Source: a virus
DNA length: 64,000 bases
Strand: one strand, 5' to 3'
Virus record (IMG/VR): IMGVR_UViG_3300002835_000018
The translations under genes and the position numbers were made by a program. How positions within the stretch are numbered: the first letter of the stretch is position 1; every line of letters starts with the position of its first letter. Shown one piece after another: positions 59,050-64,000 of this stretch. The notes under the pieces were generated by a model, which worked only from the letters and a program-made list of their open reading frames with translations, was not told the origin of the DNA and searched no databases.

Positions 59050-59259
59050 TTAAAAACTTAAATTTATTTCTGTCATTTCAACAAACTCTAATGTTAAATC
59101 GTTATTGGATATAAACATTTTTGTTTTTTCTAATATTAATTTTGAATGTTCTTCGTTATAACAATCAAAAATATAAGCATTACTTTTTATTTTTGTTAAT
59201 CCAACTTCTGGTTCTCTGCAAAAATAATTACCAACAAAATCTTTTATTATAGCTTTCAT
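59050..59259 (-). CDS. Hypothetical protein
   Basis: 69 aa, AAGGAG RBS. Confidence 0.55.
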   Translation of the reverse strand: MKAIIKDFVGNYFCREPEVGLTKIKSNAYIFDCYNEEHSKLILEKTKMFISNNDLTLEFVEMTEINLSF

Positions 59260-59283
59260 CTTGATTAACTCCTTTAAAATTGT

Positions 59284-59311
59284 AATATATTACTATTCGT
59301 ACATCTGTCAA
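59284..59311 (-). promoter_or_regulatory. Sigma70-like promoter TTGACA-N16-TATATT
   Basis: Perfect -35 box upstream of the RBS of 59050..59259. Confidence 0.55.
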
Positions 59312-59334
59312 ATTATTTAATTGATTGGAGCATT

Positions 59335-60012
59335 TTGATTAATTTAAATGATATAACAATTTGTGTAGTCGATTGCAAGAACTATAACAATGCTGCAAAA
59401 TCAATAATTCATTGTTTTTCAGATTGTGGAATTTCTTTCAATAAAGCAATTTATTTTTCAGACATAAAACATTATAAGTTAAAAGAATATGGTATTGAAT
59501 ATGTAAACATAAATAAAATATCGTCTGCTAGAGAATACGATAATTTTATGATCAAAGAATTTCCAAAATACATAGAAACAAAATTTGCATTAATTGTTCA
59601 ACACGATGGTTTAATTTATAAACCAGAAAAATGGACAGATGATTTTTTAAAATATGATTACATTGGTGCTACTTGGCCTCATTCTCCAAATGGCATAAAC
59701 CATGTTGGTAACGGTGGATTTTCTTTAAGATCAAAAGCGTTTATGGATCAAGCATCAAAAATTATTGGCGACCTATATTGTGATCATGCTGAAGATGTTT
59801 TCTTGTGCTGTACAATATATAAGAGAATGATAGATCTTGGTTTTAAATATGCAGACATTGATACTGCTTGTAAATTTTCAGTTGAACAACATTGGTCAAA
59901 AACAAACAATGATTCTTTTGGATTTCATTTGGCTGCATGTAATTCTATTCAAAAACATTTTGATTTTAGAGAAAAAATTTATAATAACCTTGAAGAAAAC
60001 TGGAAAAATTAA
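59335..60012 (+). CDS. DUF5672-like (GT-A-like) protein
   Basis: LIVQHDG, YDYIGATW, VGNGGFSLRS, AEDVF, FGFH. Confidence 0.75.
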   Translation: MINLNDITICVVDCKNYNNAAKSIIHCFSDCGISFNKAIYFSDIKHYKLKEYGIEYVNINKISSAREYDNFMIKEFPKYIETKFALIVQHDGLIYKPEKWTDDFLKYDYIGATWPHSPNGINHVGNGGFSLRSKAFMDQASKIIGDLYCDHAEDVFLCCTIYKRMIDLGFKYADIDTACKFSVEQHWSKTNNDSFGFHLAACNSIQKHFDFREKIYNNLEENWKN

Positions 60013-60380
60013 TTTGCTTCATGCATTTTTTCATCAAAGAAACCGCTTATAGTTTCTTCGTCTATTAACTTTTTTAATTTGTTTCTTTTGTCGTTGTACT
60101 CAAATATAGATTTTGCAGCTTTTAAAATTTCTTCATCGTTAACTTTTGATCTTACTATATTTTCATATTTCCATATTACTTTATTTATATAAAATAGTTC
60201 TTCTTCAAATTCAATAATCTTAATTCTTAAATCTTCTGGTATTTGATTATAAATAGTTAAAAGACTTTCTAATTGATTAATGTTATTTTCATTGTTTATT
60301 ACTGAGCATTTTATTTTTAAAATTGTGATTTTGTCAATTAATTCACCAGTGCCAATAAAACTATTATGTATCATATGCAT
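60009..60380 (-). CDS. DUF6165-like protein
   Basis: GELIDKITILKIK...N..IW..E...R...ND.R...K. Confidence 0.65.
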   Translation of the reverse strand: MHMIHNSFIGTGELIDKITILKIKCSVINNENNINQLESLLTIYNQIPEDLRIKIIEFEEELFYINKVIWKYENIVRSKVNDEEILKAAKSIFEYNDKRNKLKKLIDEETISGFFDEKMHEAN

Positions 60381-60389
60381 TCTCCATTT

Positions 60390-60953
60390 TTAAATTTTTT
60401 CGTAAATCCAACAATCTTTATCAATTAAAATTTTCTTGTCTAGAAAAAATTCATCAACCGCTTTTGTTACAGTTTTCCAAGAACCATAATCATGGCCAGA
60501 TATAATGCCACCAATTTTAACTTTTGGTAACCATGCATTTATATCTGCTTTTACACTTTCATAATCGTGACTACCGTCTATAAATATAAAATCTATTGTT
60601 TTATCTTCATAATTTTTTGATGCAGAAATAGAATCCATTCTAACTGGATTAATGACAGAAGACAAAGAAGATGTGTTTTCAATAAACAATTCATATAAAG
60701 AATTGGATTTTACATATAAATCATTTATGTGTACATTTTCATTACTCCCCATCCATGTATCTATACAATCTAATTTTATGTTTTTTTCAGAGTTTATAAT
60801 CTCTACAGCAAGATAAGCTGAACTTTTTCCTTTCCATGATCCAACTTCAATAAATTTACTTCCAGAAGGAAACTTTTCAACCATTGACTTATAAAAGTCT
60901 TTATAATTAAACCAATCTTCGCCAAACTGTGGAAGTTGATATATGTGATTCAT
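60390..60953 (-). CDS. Class I SAM methyltransferase (Methyltransf_24-like)
   Basis: EVGSWKGKS, IDTW, FIFIDGSHDY, GGIISGHDY. Confidence 0.85.
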   Translation of the reverse strand: MNHIYQLPQFGEDWFNYKDFYKSMVEKFPSGSKFIEVGSWKGKSSAYLAVEIINSEKNIKLDCIDTWMGSNENVHINDLYVKSNSLYELFIENTSSLSSVINPVRMDSISASKNYEDKTIDFIFIDGSHDYESVKADINAWLPKVKIGGIISGHDYGSWKTVTKAVDEFFLDKKILIDKDCWIYEKI

Positions 60954-62200
60954 ATTGATACTTCACCAGGAACTCTCATTTTTAATGCTTCATCTGGAAC
61001 TTTTAACAGATCGGCTTTTACATAAAGAATATCGTGTGTTTTATGCCATTCGCTTGGATAAAAGTTCTTAATTCTATTTGCTTGAAATCTTACTGGTGTT
61101 CCAATATATTTTGCCTGATCTCTTTTTGTGTAGTACCAGAAACTGTTACTGTTCCAAAATGATATGTGTGTTGGGTCTTGAAAAGCACCTCTTCCATCCG
61201 TTGATGGAGTTTGTGTCAAAAACCAACCCATTGGACATAGGCATCTGTATGCTTCTTTCATAACATGGATTGGGTCTTTTAAATGCTCAAGTGCATCATG
61301 TGCCCTTATCAATCCCACTTCGCCATCTTTAAAAGGCCAAGGATCGTTTAAATCATGTATAATTTCTGCGTTCTGCATGTCTACCGACTTGTACCCCTTT
61401 GGAGGATTAAAACCACCACAAAGGTCTATCTTAAGCAAACCATTAAGATCACACCATTTCTCAGCTAATGAATAGATATACCTATCATGAATATTTAATG
61501 TTTCTTCTTGAATAAAAGCATTCTTTTCACCATAACAAGTATTGTTCTTATGCTTATAGTAAATGTACAAGCATTTATCTATGTGTTTAACATTTCCTTG
61601 TATATATGTTTTGCAAAGAATATCATGGTCATCTAAAACTTCCATTGTTTCATTATGACCACCAATCTTTTCATAAAACGATTTTTTCCAAGCACGAACA
61701 TGATTTGGGGCAAACCAAATTTTAGAAAATGATGCTGGAGTTGAATCAAAAGATATTAATTCTAAAAGATCTTTTCCATGATACTTAAAAGGTCTATTTC
61801 TCCAACCATAATAATCAGAATAAACAAATGGTTTCCCATCAGGGTCTATTTCTGCACAATTTGAATAGGCAAAATCAATTGTTTCATCTGAATTAAATGT
61901 GTTATACAATTCTTGCAAACAATCTTCTGTTAGCTCATCATCATGATCAACTTCAACTACTACAGTACCGTTTGATCCCATAGACCCTTCTTTTTTGAAG
62001 AGTCCAATTAATTTTGAATTAGGGTTTTTTGATTCTAAAATTCTTGGTTTAAAAGCCAAAGATTCAATATCAATATTGGCGTTTCCATTAGGAACAATCA
62101 CCCATTCAAAATCTTTAAATGTTTGCCTTGCTATAGAACGAGAGAGTCTAGCAAGAAACTGTGTATTGTGTGTTGGTGTAACTATAGAAAAGTATGGCAT
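60950..62200 (-). CDS. GT2 glycosyltransferase fused to a methyltransferase domain
   Basis: SIVTPTHN, EVDHDD, DDHDI; C-terminal IDLCGG, HDALEH, EAYRCL, DPTH. Confidence 0.8.
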   Translation of the reverse strand: MPYFSIVTPTHNTQFLARLSRSIARQTFKDFEWVIVPNGNANIDIESLAFKPRILESKNPNSKLIGLFKKEGSMGSNGTVVVEVDHDDELTEDCLQELYNTFNSDETIDFAYSNCAEIDPDGKPFVYSDYYGWRNRPFKYHGKDLLELISFDSTPASFSKIWFAPNHVRAWKKSFYEKIGGHNETMEVLDDHDILCKTYIQGNVKHIDKCLYIYYKHKNNTCYGEKNAFIQEETLNIHDRYIYSLAEKWCDLNGLLKIDLCGGFNPPKGYKSVDMQNAEIIHDLNDPWPFKDGEVGLIRAHDALEHLKDPIHVMKEAYRCLCPMGWFLTQTPSTDGRGAFQDPTHISFWNSNSFWYYTKRDQAKYIGTPVRFQANRIKNFYPSEWHKTHDILYVKADLLKVPDEALKMRVPGEVSI

Positions 62201-62796
62201 TATTTTCTCACATTAAAAAAGAACAGTTGAACCAACCTAGAAAACTCACCGTACATTGTTGCTGAATGAATCATTTTTCCATCCCAAAGAACCAGTCTAT
62301 TGTATACAGATCCAACCCTGTCCACTAATTCCCAATTGTCTTCATTTAATAAGTTGTATTGTGTGTATATGTCTGAATCATTTATTCCTTGTTTATTTTC
62401 TAAAGGATGACTTGGTGGTCTTCTACATCCATATTTTTTATCTTTCCAAAATGATGTGCCAGCATTTGTTGGACCATCTTTGGTTAAGTATACTGCTGCT
62501 GCATAATCTTGTGAATCACTATGCCATACCAATGGGTCATTTCCAGATGTTATTTGAAAAACACCATTCATTGGTTGATTTAACCAATCTACTATTTGTA
62601 CTTGCAATAACTTTTCAAATTCTTCTTTTACATAAGGAAACAAACAACCTGTTGTTCTTTTTCCTTTGTAGAATTTGTTTTCTTCTTTAAAATCAAAATC
62701 TTTTGTTTTTTCAACTATCCAATCTGGATCTTTATAAAAGTTGTCAACAACAAGCAAACTAGGTATTCTCTGATTAAACATAATTTCATCATCCAT
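62200..62796 (-). CDS. 2OG-Fe(II) oxygenase (DUF6445-like)
   Basis: VVDNFY.DP, WHSD, AVYLT, GTSF, YNRLV, HSA, RLVQLFF. Confidence 0.8.
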   Translation of the reverse strand: MDDEIMFNQRIPSLLVVDNFYKDPDWIVEKTKDFDFKEENKFYKGKRTTGCLFPYVKEEFEKLLQVQIVDWLNQPMNGVFQITSGNDPLVWHSDSQDYAAAVYLTKDGPTNAGTSFWKDKKYGCRRPPSHPLENKQGINDSDIYTQYNLLNEDNWELVDRVGSVYNRLVLWDGKMIHSATMYGEFSRLVQLFFFNVRK

Positions 62797-63412
62797 TTTT
62801 CCAAGTCCTCTCATCTTCAATATTTTCATTATTTCTTAAATCAATCACTACAGATTCAAATATAGCAGAGTAGGGTATAAAAACAAGCAATTTACTATAA
62901 TGCCTTGAGTCTATTCCTTCATCAATTTTAAACCACACTTCAATCCTAGATTTGTTTGAAGCCAATTTTTTTGTTTTGTTCCTAGTAAATGCACACTCTT
63001 GCTCATATTGTTTTACTTGATGTAATGTTATTTCTAATTTCTGTATTTCTTTTTGGACTATTTTTTTGATTGCTTCTGTTTCCGCAACTATTATTTGTCT
63101 CTTATCTGCTGAAAGACATATGTATAATGTTGCCTCAGTTCGAACATCTCTGCCGTTTGCTTCTTCGTATGATGAAGCATTGTTAGAATAAAATCTTTTT
63201 GCCTCATAAATAATATCAGATTTATTTTCACGACATTTCATTTGTGCAGTTTTATTGCTTTTTTTACACTTATAATCAATCATTAACTTTTTGTCTTCTT
63301 CAATAGAAGCCTTTTCAAATTCATACTTAAATCTAAAGTTTAAATATTTGGCAACTTTATCTGCTAAACTATTACCGTTTTCAATTCTAGTTGTTATTTT
63401 ATCAGTTTTCAC
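62789..63412 (-). CDS. Putative PD-(D/E)XK-like nuclease
   Basis: EED...IDY......QMKCR pattern. Confidence 0.4.
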   Translation of the reverse strand: MKTDKITTRIENGNSLADKVAKYLNFRFKYEFEKASIEEDKKLMIDYKCKKSNKTAQMKCRENKSDIIYEAKRFYSNNASSYEEANGRDVRTEATLYICLSADKRQIIVAETEAIKKIVQKEIQKLEITLHQVKQYEQECAFTRNKTKKLASNKSRIEVWFKIDEGIDSRHYSKLLVFIPYSAIFESVVIDLRNNENIEDERTWKNG

Positions 63413-63413
63413 T

Positions 63414-63815
63414 TTAAAGCATCTCCCTTTTATAATTCTCTAACTCTTTCATGAAAAAATCACCTATTTCACTCATGTCTATATTTTCTTTATTTTTTTT
63501 ATATATGCAATATTCTTGTGCTGTTTTTTCACCAGTGTTTAAAAGTCTTCTTGATTTGTTTATAACTGGACCAACTCTTAAAATTGTAGAATTTCCACCA
63601 TCTTCATCAAGAGTATACATTTTTCCTATGGAAACATTTTCATATGGGTCCATACCAACCATTTCACCACCATTTTCTACTACATCACATATTATTTCAT
63701 ATTCATCTATCTTCTTGTTAATTTTTTTATCTATCAACCTTTTCAAATCTTCAATTTGAATTAATATTAATGTTCCAGATTTAAAACTCATTCTTGACAA
63801 AACATCAATCCTCAT
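63414..63815 (-). CDS. Hypothetical protein
   Basis: 133 aa, in operon. Confidence 0.5.
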   Translation of the reverse strand: MRIDVLSRMSFKSGTLILIQIEDLKRLIDKKINKKIDEYEIICDVVENGGEMVGMDPYENVSIGKMYTLDEDGGNSTILRVGPVINKSRRLLNTGEKTAQEYCIYKKNKENIDMSEIGDFFMKELENYKREML

Positions 63816-63987
63816 TTATTTCTCCTAGTTTGTTTTCATCTTGAGTTAATTCTTTTAAAGATTCTTCTGGTGTTTTTTTAGAAACATCAAAAATTGCTGC
63901 TTCTGTCAAACAACCATAAAAATCAATAGCTAAGAAACTTGGGTCAATCTTACAAAATGGTTTCATTGTTTGTCTTTTGTTAGTCAT
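63805..63987 (-). CDS. Small hypothetical protein
   Basis: 60 aa, overlapping the next gene. Confidence 0.45.
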   Translation of the reverse strand: MTNKRQTMKPFCKIDPSFLAIDFYGCLTEAAIFDVSKKTPEESLKELTQDENKLGEINED

Positions 63988-64000
63988 AACAATTACAAAC

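Noticed and set aside
1-64000. Genome-wide stop-codon reassignment
   Set aside because: Conserved genes are full length in the standard code, and TAA, TGA and TAG all end genes at tight junctions.
1-64000. Specific host assignment
   Set aside because: Some protein styles (Cys-rich starts, C1 peptidase with Pro-linker secreted protein) suggest a PVC-group host, but nothing in the sequence establishes it.

Overview
AT-rich (roughly 30% GC by eye), densely packed 64 kb segment of a large dsDNA bacteriophage genome, read in the standard code with many ATGA/TAATG gene overlaps. Bases 1-10948 (+) encode virion/tail-type proteins, including a ~1600 aa protein with Cys-rich modules and mucin-like Thr/Pro linkers. 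From ~11 kb onward most genes are on the - strand. They include a bacterial-type replisome (SSB, DnaE, DEDDh exonuclease, DnaG, DnaB, RecA), nucleotide metabolism (monomeric class II RNR, ThyX, dNMP kinase, NUDIX), PhoH, peptide deformylase, and a very large glyco-modification set (about 15 glycosyltransferase-like ORFs plus nucleotidyl-, methyl-, sulfo- and acetyltransferases and a 2OG-Fe(II) oxygenase). The most notable observations are: (1) a papain-like protease whose catalytic Cys is the +1 residue of a LAGLIDADG intein; (2) DnaE split into two genes without inteins, with an exonuclease gene between the halves; (3) a class 3 (WCT) intein starting with Glu in the RecA P-loop; (4) a promoter-linked, highly structured ~300 nt non-coding region at 55.0-55.35 kb; (5) a possible CxxU micro-selenoprotein with a SECIS-like hairpin; (6) a recurring GGTGTATWWA phage promoter-like motif. 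No tRNA, rRNA or CRISPR array was seen. All family calls come from recognising motifs by eye, not from database searches.
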